The translations under genes were made by a program, and so were the position numbers. From Anolis carolinensis (taxonomy: Eukaryota), in the NCBI RefSeq assembly GCF_035594765.1, contig NC_085844.1, positions 163,386,107 to 163,450,106 on the forward strand: a DNA stretch of 64,000 nt. The letters are read 5' to 3'. Below, one piece after another: positions 1 through 11,214 of this stretch. How positions within the stretch are numbered: the stretch's first letter is position 1; each line of letters starts with the position of its first letter. Under the pieces are notes generated by a model. It did no database searches, had not been told where the DNA came from, and worked only from the letters and a program-made list of their open reading frames with translations.

Positions 1-2191
1 GCTGAAACGAAAAAAATTCAAACCCGCATTCTGGACTTTAAGAGAGCTGACTTCCAAAAAATGAAGGAAATACTGAGAAACATTCCGTGGACACCAATAT
101 TAAAAGACAAGGGAGTTAAGGATGGGTGGGAGTTTTTTAAAAGTGAAATACTCAAGACGCAAATGCAAACAGTGCCAACAAAGAAAAAAAATATGACACG
201 TGCGAAGAAGCCAGAATGGATGTCCAAAGAACTTCTAACCGGGCTAAGATTCAAAAGAGACATGCACAAGAGGTGGAAAAGGGGAGAAATCACCAAAGAG
301 GAATTCAAACGTATAGCCAACTCCTGTAGGGAAAAGGTTTGCAAGGCTAAAGCACAAAATGAGCTCAGGCTTGCCAGGGACATTAAAAACAACAAAAAGG
401 CTTTTTTGCTTACGTTGGTAGAAAAAGGAAGAAAAAGGAGGCGATAGGGCCTCTGCGAGGAGAAGATGGGGTAATGGCGACAGGGGACAGGGAAAAGGCA
501 GAACTGCTTAATGCCTCCTTTGCCTCGGTCTTCTCAAAAAAAAGAAAGCCATCTTCAACCTCAGCAACATGAAATGGATGAAGGATTTGGGGAAATCCAA
601 CCCCAAATAGGGAAACAAGTTGTCCAGGAACACCTGGCCACTCTAAACGAATTCAAGTCGCCAGGGCCAGATCAACTGCATCCAAGAGTACTGAAGGAAC
701 TAGCTGAAGTTATTTCAGAACCACTGGCAATCATATTTGAAAGTTCTTGTAGAACGGGAGAAGTCCCAGAAGATTGGAGAAGGGCAAATGTGGTCCCTAT
801 CTTCAAGAAGGGAAAAAAGAACAACCCAATTACCATCCGGTCAGCCTCACGTCGATACCAGGCAAGATTCTGGAAAAGATCATTAAGGAAGTGGTCTGCA
901 AACACTTAGAAACAAATGCAGTCATTGCTAATAGTCAACACGGATTTACCAAAACCAAGTCATGCCAGACTAATCTGATCTCTTTTCGATAGAGTTACGA
1001 GTTGGGTCGATACAGGGAACGCTGTGGATGTAGCGTACCTAGATTTCAGTAAGGCCTTCGACAAAGTCCCTCAGACCTTCTGGCAAACAAACTAGTAAAA
1101 TGTGGGCTAGACAAAACTACGGTTAGGTGGATCTGTAATTGGCTAAGCGAACGAACCCAAAGGGTGCTCACCAATGCGTCGTCTTCATCTTGGAAAGAAG
1201 TCACGAGTGGAGTGCCGCAAGGCTCCGTCCTGGGCCCGGTTCTGTTCAACATTTTTATTAACGACTTAGACGAAGGGTTAGAAGGCACAATCATCAAGTT
1301 TGCAGATTACACCAAACTGGGAGGGATAGCCAACACTCCAGAAGAAAGGAGCAGAATTCAAAACGATCTTGACAGACTAGAGAGATGGGCCGAAACTAAC
1401 AAAATGAAGTTCAACAGGGACAAATGCAAGATACTTCACTTCAGAAGAAAAAATGGAATGCAAAGATACAGAATGGGGGATGCCTGGCTAGACAGCAGTA
1501 CATGTGAAAAAGATCTTGGAGTCCTTGTGGACAACAAGTTAAACATGAACCAGCAATGTGATGCGGCTGCTAAGAAAGCCAATGGGATTTTGACCTGCAT
1601 CAATAGGGGTATAGCGTCTAGATCCAGGGAAGTCATGCTCCCTCTCTATTTTGCCTTGGTCAGACCACACCTGGAATACTACGTCCAATTCTGGGCACCA
1701 CAGTTGAAGGGAGATGTTGACAAGCTGGAAAGCGTCCAGAGGAGGGGAACTAAAATGATCAAAGGTCTGGAGAACAAGCCCTATGGGGAGCGGCTTAAAG
1801 AACTGGGCATGTTTAGCCTGCAGAAGAGAAGGCTAAGAGGAGACATGATAGCCATGTACAAATATGTGAGGGGAAGTCATAGGGAGGAGGGAACAAGCCT
1901 GTTTTCTGCTGCCCTGCAGACTAGGACACGGAACAATGGCTACAAACTACAGGAAAGGAGATTCCACCTGAACATCAGGAAGAACTTCCTCACTGTGAGG
2001 GCTGTTCAGCAGTTGAACTCTCTGCCCCGGACTGTGGTGGAGGCTCCTTCATTGGAGGCTTTTAAGTAGAGGCTGGATGGCCATCTGTTGGGGGTGCTTT
2101 GAATGTGATTTCCTGCTTCTTGGCAGGGGGTTGGACTAGATGGCCCATGAGGTCTCTTCCAACTCTACTATTCTATGATTCTATGATTCTA
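1..2191 (+). mobile_element. CR1 LINE, 3' part of ORF2 (RT) plus 3' UTR; degenerate, extends left of the window
   Basis: ORF pieces 61-447, 511-909, 774-992 and 1164-2069 carry CR1 motifs (PEWMS, KSPGPDQLHPRVLKEL, SGVPQGSVLGPVLFNIFINDL, LVRPHLEY). The end is the CR1 octamer (ATTCTATG)n at 2170-2191. Frameshifts are present, the catalytic FADD is mutated to FADY (1299-1310), and there is a premature TAG at 2067-2069. Confidence 0.95.
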
Positions 2192-2633
2192 GTCAGTTTA
2201 CTAATCAATACTATATCTGTAGCATTCCCACCATCTGCTAAACTAGTAATCCGATTCAAAGAAGATTCAAGATTAGTTTGGCAGGGCATAATCCTATGCA
2301 GGTTGCTAGTAATAGTTGTATTATCATCAAGATATTTGCAAACACATGCCTGTATCATCTATTTTAATAATGTTTCCTGGTATTGAGATCAGGCTGACTG
2401 GTCTCTAGTTTCTTGGATTTTCTTTTTTGCCTTTTTTGAAGTGAGGGCCAATGTTTGCTCTTCTCTAGTCCTTTGGCATGTAATCCATTCTCCAAGATTT
2501 TACAGAAATGATGACAAGTGGTTCTCTGAGTATGTCAGCAAGTGTCTTCAATACTATGGGATGCACTACTTCTGAACCTAAAGATTTGAACTCATTTAGA
2601 TTAACTCTGTGATTCCTAACTAACTTCCTATCA
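2192..2633 (-). mobile_element. Older CR1 fragment (antisense); host of later insertions, appears to resume at ~5606-5770
   Basis: Minus-strand translations LNEFKSLGSEVVHPIVLKTLADILREPL and CQTNLES...ATDIV parallel the CR1 RT at 640-1050. Confidence 0.8.
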
Positions 2634-2768
2634 CAGTGGTTCTCAACTTGTGGGTCCCCAGATGTTTTGGCCTTCAACTCCTAGAAATCCTAACAGCTGG
2701 CAAACTGGCTGGGATTTCTGAGAGTTGTAGGCCAAAACACCTGGGGACCCACAGGTTGAGAATCACTG
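2634..2768. mobile_element. Non-autonomous hAT (Charlie/Buster-like) palindromic MITE
   Basis: Termini CAGTGGTTCTCAAC...GTTGAGAATCACTG; perfect 8-bp TSD TCCTATCA (2626-2633 / 2769-2776). Confidence 0.92.
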
Positions 2769-2782
2769 TCCTATCAGTATTA

Positions 2783-5596
2783 TTTATTTATTTATTACAA
2801 TATTTATATCCCGCCCTTCTCACCCAACAGGGGACTCAGGGCGGCTTACAATAAAACAGACATATAAAAACAGTACAATACACTATAAATCAGTTAAAAA
2901 ATTAACTTACATATAACATTCATAAAATGCATTTATAAAATATAGATAGGCGTGTACAAGTTTAAAAGACTGGGTCTGTCAATTGAGTTCCAGTATACAT
3001 AATAGTAATTAATGCTGCTGATTCTTATTCGAAAGCCTGGCCCTACAACCAAGTTTTTACCTTCCTACGGAAGGATAGGAGGGAGGGAGCCTGCCTGACT
3101 TCAATGGGCGGGGAGCCACTACTGAAAAGGCCCTGTCTCTCGTCCCCGCCAGCCGCACCTGTGAGGCTGACGGGACCGCGAGCAGGGCCTCATCCGACGA
3201 TCTTAAGCTTCGAGGTGGGTCATAGCAGGAGACACGTTCGGACAGATAAGCTGGGCCAGAACCGTTTAGAGCTTTATAGGCTAAAGCCAGCACCTTGAAT
3301 TGTGCTCGGTAGCTAATCGGCAGCCAGTGGAGCTGACGTAACAGAGGAGTAGTACGCTCCCTGAACGCCGCTCCAGTTATTAACCTGGCAGCTTCCCGTT
3401 GGACTAATTGAAGCTTCCGAACAGTCTTCAAAGGCAGCCCCACGTAGAGTGCGTTGCAGTAGTCTAAACGGGATGTAACAAGGGCGTGGACCACCGTGGC
3501 CAAGTCTGGCTTCCCAAGGTACGGTCGCAGCTGGCACACAAGTTTTAATTGTGCAAAGGCTCCCCTAGCCACCGCTGAGACCTGGGGCTCCAGGCTCAAC
3601 GATGAGTCCAGGATCACCCCCAGACTGCGCACCTGCGCCTTCAGGGGGAGTGTGACCCCATCCAGCACAGGCTGTAACCCTATACCCTGTTCGGCCTTCC
3701 GACTGACCAGGAGGACCTCTGTCTTGTCTGGATTCAATTTCAATTTGTTGGCCCTCATCCAGTCCGACACAGCGGCCAAGCACCGGTTCAGGACCTGAAC
3801 AGCCTCCTTAGTGACAGGTGGGAAGGAGTGACAGAGCTGGACATCATCTGCGTACAGATGACACCGGACCCCGAAACTCCTGATGATCTCTCCCAGCGGC
3901 TTCATGTAGATGTTAAACAACATGGGAGACAATACAGAACCCTGCGGGACCCCACAAGTCAACGGTTGTGGGGCCGAGCAGGCGTCCCCCAATGACACCA
4001 TCTGGGACCGACCCTCCAGGAATGAGTGGAGCCACTGCAGGACAGTACCTCCAAGTCCCATTCCTGCGAGGCGTCCCAGAAGGATACCGTGATCGACCGT
4101 ATCGAAGGCCGCTGAGAGGTCCAGCAGAACCAGCAGGGACACACCTCCCCTGTCCAGTTCCCGGCGAAGATCATCGACTAAGGCGACCAAGGCTGTCTCG
4201 GTACCATGCCCCGGCCTGAAGCCAGACTGTGCCGGATCCAGAAAATCAGTGTCCACCAAGAATCCCTGGAGCTGCGGGGCAACCACATGTTCCAAGACCT
4301 TGCCCAAATAGGGGAGATTGGAAATAGGCCGAAAGTTTCCGAATTGAGTGGGATCCAATGATGGCTTTTTCAACAGCGGCTTGATCACAGCCATTTTTAG
4401 GCTCGCTGGAAACTTGCCCTCCCGAAGGGAGGCATTCACCACCACCTTCACCCACTCGGCCAAACCCCCTCTGGCTTCTCTCACCAGCCAGGATGGGCAG
4501 GGGTCTAGGATGCATGTGGTCGGTCTCGCCTCTCCAAGGATCTTGTCCACATCCTCGAGCTCAACGAATTGAAATGAATCCAACAAAACTGGACAAGCAG
4601 GTGCACTCGTTACATCCTCAGAGACTGCCGTTAATATGGTGTCAAAGTCGGAACAGATCAGAGCGACTTTGTCCGCAAAGAACCGAGCAAATGCTTCACA
4701 GCAGGCTGCCGAGTTATCAGGGCTCCCACCTTGATTGGTGGGAGTTAACAACCCTCTGATAACACGGAACAGCGCCACCGGACGGTTCTGTGCGGACGCA
4801 ATGTTGGCCGCAAGGTGGACTCTCCTTGCAGCTTTGATTGCCGCGGCATATGCCCTAAGATAGGAGCTGAGCCGTGTTCGGTCTGACTCGTTATACTCTG
4901 ATCGCCACACGCACTCTAGTTCCCTCTTCTTTCGCTTCATCGCTGCCAGCTCCTCAGTAAACCAAGGAGCTGGTTTAGCTCGGTTACTTGAGAGGGGACG
5001 CTCCGGAGCGATCATGTCTATTGCCCTAGTCATCTCTCCATTCCAGAGAGAGACCAGAGCATCAACAGGATCACCTGCCGAGGAGGCGGGAAATTCCCCA
5101 AGAGCCGTCAGGAATCCTTCTGGATCCATAAGTCTCCTGGGGCGGACCATTTTAGGTCCACCACCCCTGCAGAGGGTGGGGGGCGCAGTAAGTCTAAACC
5201 TGATCAGGTGATGGTCGGTCCATGGCAAAGGAGCGATGGTGAGCTCCTCCACACCGCCACCTTCCTCCCATCCCTGACAGAAGACCAGGTCTAGTGTGTG
5301 CCCCGCACTGTGGGTGGGACCAGATACGAGTTGGGACAGCCCCATGGTTGCCATGGCGGCCATGAAGTCCTGAGCCGCACCTGAAAGGTTAGCCTCGGCA
5401 TGGACATTGAAGTCCCCCAGCACTATGAGCCGCCGGGACTCCAACGCCAGGCCCGAGACCACCTCAACTAGCTCAGGCAGGGAGACTGTAGTGCAGCGGG
5501 GTGGTCGGTACACTAACAGAATCCCTAATCTGTCCCGGTCTCCCACCCTCAGGTGGACACATTCAAACATGGTCGACTGTGGGATGGGGCACCTGG
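2783..5596 (-). mobile_element. Young, 5'-truncated L2-clade LINE with 837-aa APE+RT ORF (3057-5570)
   Basis: APE motifs VYRPP, LGDFN, GHTLDL, TDHH. RT motifs QSGFR, LLDLSAAFDTVDH, GVPQGSVL, YADD. L2 C-terminal motifs RLDYCN and LHWLP. (TAAA)n tail at 2783-2796. Flanked by 9-bp direct repeat TCAGTATTA (2774-2782 / 5597-5605). Confidence 0.95.
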
Positions 5597-7053
5597 TCAG
5601 TATTAATCTTCAACCCGGATTCCTTGCAAAAGTCTCTGCTACTGCATAGAAGCCCACAGTCTTCTTTTATGGGGTGAAGTAAAATAGATATTGAACAATT
5701 CTGTGATCTATTAGCATTTTACCATCCTTATTGAGCAGGACCATTTCCTTCATCATCTTGCTTTGAGTATTCTATCAATGCAAGGCATATTTATATTTTT
5801 CTTCACTCTTCAAGGTGGCGGTATCGTTTCTGTTAGTTAGTATGACAAAAACAACATCCGTGTCTTGAAATGTTTTCTACCTCCTTCACAGTTGAAGTTC
5901 TTTCTTTGTCTAGAAGACTAATATCAGCATCAAGCTTTTGCTGGTGATTTTAATCAGAGGCTGCAGGTTTAAACAGACATTTTCTCCTTTGTTTATGTTT
6001 TTTATAAGCTGGTGGGATTTTCATTATTACATAGTTCTGTGCACTCAGAATCCAAAATATAAAGCAAGGTTTATGTCTTCTTATGGACTATTAAAAGAAA
6101 ACCAGCTTCTTTAGGCATGAATGCCGATGCAAACAAACACACAGAGAGACACACATGGATGGTGCTTTCAAGCAAGGAAGAAATGTGAAAGCTGAATTGT
6201 GATAATTAATTGTGACAATCACACATTATCTTTTTTCACCGCATGAGTAGGTTGAGAAGCTGCAAATGGTTTGAACATTCTGATTTATATCCTCAGTGGT
6301 GATAGCATTTCCATGCTTTTTCCTGATAGCTATCTCCATAGAACAGGGTTGGAAACATACGACCGACCCTCTAGGTATTGTGAGACTAAAACTTGAATCG
6401 ATCCCATCGTTTCCAGTGATGTAGATCTAATGGGAGTTCAAGTTCTACAGTACCTAGAAGGCTACGTGTTCTACATCAGTCATGAAGGGAAGCTATGTTT
6501 GAAATGAGTTGCAGATATAAATTAATTGATATTTTTCTCCTAATCTATGGAGCATTGGGGACTGATGTGAACAGGATGTAGAAATGATCTCAAGATACAC
6601 CCCTGGCAACATTTTATTTAGAAGTCTCAGTGGGTGAGATTTGATTGTATTCTTGAACAGATTGGTTTTCTACATCAGATCAGACAAACGGTTCAAACAT
6701 AAAAAGAAAATATGGCTACAAATGTGTACTCACTTACATTAAGACCCATAGAATGCACTAATGTTTACTTCAGGTTAAAGATGTATTGGATTATACTGCT
6801 AATTTCTACTCTTGCACCACAATACATGACGTACATTACAAAAACTTTAAAAGGGATCAGAAAGCGGAACCAAAACTAAACCATGCCATTTTAAGCCTAA
6901 GTCTTTAAAAACCTGGAAGAACAGAAGGAAGGGCATTCACAGTAGTCTGGATTACATTGTGACGAGCTGGTGAGCCTTGCCTTTGAATACAAAGTTATTC
7001 TTTGTGGCCCTTCTCGTATAACACTATGACTGTATTATGTTTTCTTCCAAAAG

Positions 7054-7185
7054 GTATCTGGCATTGCTACTGGGAATATCACCACCTTCATGGAATACCT
7101 GGTTCTGATCTTACTATCTATGATATAGGATTCCAAACAGACTTCAGGGTATACCTGCAACTGAGGCAAACATGGTTAGCATTTA
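7054..7185 (+). CDS. SLC44A5: Choline transporter-like protein 5, internal exon (GIWHCYWEY...QTWLAF)
   Basis: AG at 7052-7053, GTAAGT at 7186; phase 1/1. The peptide matches the SLC44 family; GIWHC and LTIYDIG favour CTL5 over CTL2/CTL4. Confidence 0.88.
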
Positions 7186-7581
7186 GTAAGTGGATTTATG
7201 AAAAGTCTATGATTTGAGAATGAGTTTATATTCATCTATTTAAATGATTATTTTATTTGTTGGTTATTTTATTTAAGTTATACAGCATTAGCATGGTGTC
7301 ATGTGGTTCCTATCCTAAACTGGGGTGGACAAATTCCTAGGTTCAAACACAGTATGCACACCTCATCTTGGAACGACATTTCACTCTGCTCCACTTTTAA
7401 TTTGGGGAAAAAAATGATCCTAAAACAGCCTGGGGGGGGGGGGGGGGAATTAAATTTACTTCATGCCTGTAAAATGCCTTTTAGTGTAGGGAAAAGTATA
7501 AAAACTGAGTGTATGTGATCAAGAGAGATGATTGAGATGTTTTATTTCACTCTCTGAAGGAAATGTGAACTCATGAGTTTA

Positions 7582-7632
<51 letters not shown>

Positions 7633-7715
7633 CACTACTATTACTATTATCTTTATTTATACCCCCACTTTTTCTCTCCACAAAGGAAATTCAAAAGGGG
7701 CTTATGTTAAAAGCA
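7582..7715 (-). repeat. (ATT)n microsatellite attached to a short L2 3'-end remnant
   Basis: ATT run 7582-7632, followed by TTTATACCCC...TTCTCTCC...AAGG, similar to the L2 3' end at 2800-2850. Confidence 0.7.
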
Positions 7716-9504
7716 TGTCAATACAATTTAAAATAAAAAATATACATTTGAGTGAGGGTGATGTCAGTCATCCAACTCAAAGGCTAGAGACTCAGTCTCA
7801 TCTCCAGTTGGCAGGAAAGCATAAAGAGGCTTTAACCCATTTGGCACCCTATTTCATGACTTCAGTGGCATATAACATGTAGGTCAGGTTTGTTTATCAG
7901 ACAACAAGTGAATAGTTGTTGTAGGATATTAATCTTATATAGTCCAAGCCTTCTACAGCAGTAACAAAAAAGCTGTAGCATTTTATATCCAAACCCATGA
8001 TTGTGCATGTGATCACTTGCTTAAGAACTTTCCTCCATATTTTGCTGCTAGATGATACAATTTACATAAAGCATTATACTTCCCCAAAAAACAACCACAA
8101 TATGTGCCCATTAGTCTTGTGCATTTGTAAGGAATCGCTAACCATTTCTATTTGTCCACTGCTTACAGAAACGAGCACCTATACAAATGAGTTTTTCTGC
8201 CCAAGGTCCAAAAAAACCCAAATATTTTTTTGGCCTTGGGTTGCAAAATGCCAGGGCGTACCAGGGCCTACATCCAACTGGGCCTACGAGCATCGAGCCT
8301 GCTGGGCCTATGAGCATTGAGCAGGGCCTGCAGCCGAGCGTTTGAGGCTTGACTGTAGTCCCTATGAGTTGGGCCTATGAATGTTGAATGCCCAATGCTC
8401 GGCTGTAGGCCCTGGCTGGCAGGGCCTACAGCCAAGTGCCGAAAATCACCCAACCAAACAGCTACCATTCCCCTCTTTTCCCATTTCGATGCTCCTTTCG
8501 TTCCAGAGGGGGTTGTAACGTTCTGTGCCATCCGAATGGATGGAACAGTACAAAACCACGAAAGAAACAGGTGAAATGGGATTCAGGCCCAACCCCAGTG
8601 TCCATTGTCTTAGGTTAGGGAACAAAATAATGGCCGCCGAATAAACTTGTGCTCTAGCATCTCTGTTTTATAAATAAAACACCATAGTTGAATTTAGATT
8701 TATATCTTCCACATTTTCAACCTGGCAGCATTTTAAACTTTTTATAATCCCCATACAGATTTTTGTTATACATTTCCTCCAGGTGGAAGATAGAAATCAT
8801 CAGTTGTAATATTTATAAAATGAATCTTTGATTAAAAATAGCAGGTTCTTGATATTCATCTTTCCTGGAGGCTTTGCACAATTGTTTTCAAGCTTCTGTC
8901 AGTAAATTCAACTTAGATATTGTCTGTCTGTTTATCTATAGAATATAATAACTTCATGAGCCTTCATCAAATCTTTGAAATCACGGACGCTGCAATTAAA
9001 GCATGGGGATGAGTCCTTGGGGACTATTTGTTTCTAGAGAAAATGAGAGAGTTGCTGAGAGCAATGAATTTGCATAAAACATTTTCCACATGATTATTGA
9101 GCCTGTCATGCAATTTTCTGCTTTTACACTTTCTGCTTTCACAGATTGTTTTCAGTTGTATAAGGCACTGATCAGTTTTTTTGATTATACAAGATATGTA
9201 TATGAATTATTGTACATAAAGCCACTATCAATTTTTATGTAAAATTGGTCATTGTAAATTTCAGTCTGCTTCATGTGTAAGAACTGGAGCTGTGTAAACT
9301 AGAAGGCTTTTCCTTGGTGATTAAAGAGAGTAGGAGCAATGTGAATAGCCTTCTTCTTATGGAAACTGTTGGCAGGAATTGAAAAGTGATGCAGTGGTTT
9401 CATCTTATCTGGGATGCTAATACTCAAGAAAACAATGTAAAAAAGACAAAAAAGCAATGTTGTACAAAAAATGAAAATAGTTTAGGGCTACATTTAAATA
9501 TATT

Positions 9505-9666
9505 GTGGACTGGAATGGTATAGTCATTTGGATTTTGGGCTAGACTAGGAGGTGAAGTATTATTCCCTTCTCATTTATGGAAACCACTGGGTGACCTTGG
9601 GCAACTCACACTCTCTCAGCCTCAGAGTAAAGCAATGGCAAACCTCCTCTGAATCAACCTTGCCAA
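9505..9666 (+). mobile_element. Degenerate SINE with MIR-core-like box; related copies at ~37128-37330 (-) and ~62995-63190 (+)
   Basis: Contains GGGTGACCTTGGGCAACTCACACTCTCTCAGCCTCAG; the related copies share the CTTGCCAAGAAAA and (G)CACACAACAA-type tail. Boundaries approximate. Confidence 0.6.
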
Positions 9667-9671
9667 TAATA

Positions 9672-9987
9672 CAGTAGAGTCTCACTTATCCAACATAAAC
9701 GGGCCGGCAGAACGTTGGACAAGCGAATATGTTGGCTAATAAGGAGGGATTAAGGAATTAAGGATTAAGGATTAAGGAAAAGCCTATTAAACATCAAATT
9801 AGGTTATGATTTTACAAATTAAGCACCAAAACATCATGTTATACAACAAATTTGACAGAAAAAGTAGTTCAATACGCAGTAATGCTATGTAGTAATTAGT
9901 GTATTTACGAATTTAGCACCAAAGTATCACGATGTATTGAAAAATGTGTTGGATAATCCAGAATATTGTATAAGTGAGACTCTACTG
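9672..9987. mobile_element. Tc1/mariner-pogo (Tigger-like) MITE
   Basis: TIR CAGTAGAGTCTCACTTAT...ATAAGTGAGACTCTACTG, flanked by TA on both sides; three more copies in the window. Confidence 0.92.
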
Positions 9988-10519
9988 TACCTCATTATAG
10001 GCTTGTGTTAAGGTACTATAAGTGTAGAAATGATTCGAACATCCACAAACACAACAATAAATGTATTCAAAACTAACAAAATTATGATTTTAAGACAGAA
10101 ATGTTTAAACACTGTTCTTAAATATAGACAGTAAATGATGGATATAACCAGTTTGCTTGGCAAATAATTTCTATTGCTAGATGTTCTTCTACATTGCAGT
10201 CCTCCAGAAGAGTAAATGTAGCAAACAATAGTGATAGGACAGTTCAGGCTTGGTTGAGAAATCATGTTTTTGAAATTAAAACATCGTTATATTCCACTTG
10301 TTTTGTATTAAATCTTAAAACATCCTCCCTCTCATAAATATATTGTGGCTCAGCTGTACTGTAGGCCTTGCAGGTTGGAGATTATGGGAAATGAAGTGTG
10401 AAACATCAGCAGGAAGGACAGTAGGCTGGGCAAGTGTTCCTTAAATAGATTTATAATGGGAGATCCTCTCCATTATCCAAAAACCTAAATCTGCAGAAAG
10501 TAATATACATGCCAATATA

Positions 10520-11214
10520 CAGTAGAACCTCGGTAGTCCGAGTTAAACGGGTGGACCTCAGCTCGGCCAACCCGGATGACTCAGATTACCAGGCCTCTCC
10601 GTTGGGAGGCAGCTTGAATCCAGAGGAGCTTGCAGCCCCTCCGGAACCACGCTGCCTCCCAACGGAGGAGAGGCCTCTCGTTGGGAGGCAGTTTGGATCC
10701 GGAGAAGTTTGCAGCCCCTCCAGATCCAAGCTGCCTCCCAACGGAGGAGAGGCCTCTCGGTTGGGATGCAGGCGGTATCGGGAGGAGCTTGCAGCCCCTC
10801 CGGATCCGGCTTGCATCCCAACCGAGCAGAGGCCTCTTGGTTGGGATGCAGGCAGGATCGGGAGGAGCTGCAAGCTCCTCCGGATCCGGCCTGCATCCCA
10901 ACGGAGAGGCCACCCGCCCACCCATGCCTCAGTTCCTTCGTCATGCCGGGGGCCGGCAGCACCGGCGCCCGGCGTGGAGAAGGAGCCAGCCGTGCGTGTT
11001 GCTAGGTAGATAGCAAGCTACCTAGCAACACGCAGGGGGCGCTCGCCCCTTGGGAGGTGCCCCCTGCGTGTTGCTAGGTAGCTTGCTATCTACCTAGCAA
11101 CACACACGCCAGCGAGCGGGTGAACGGGGAGGGCCTTTGTGGCCCTCCCCGTTCACCCGCTCGGATTACACAGAGGCTTGGACGAGCGGGGCTCGGACGA
11201 GCGGGGTTTTACTG
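10520..11214. mobile_element. CpG-rich non-autonomous pogo/Tigger-like element made of internal palindromes
   Basis: TA flanks; imperfect TIR CAGTAGAACCTCGGTAGTCCGAG vs CAGTAAAACCCCGCTCGTCCGAG (reverse complement of the right end); four ~80-bp palindromic units plus further hairpins. Confidence 0.8.

Noticed and set aside
10591-10910. Regularly spaced palindromic repeats suggesting a CRISPR array
   Set aside because: No unique spacers, no cas genes, vertebrate context, and enclosed by transposon TIRs.
10509-11013. Six overlapping ORFs in the GC-rich element
   Set aside because: Explained by a GC-rich palindromic tandem repeat lacking stop codons; no recognisable domain.
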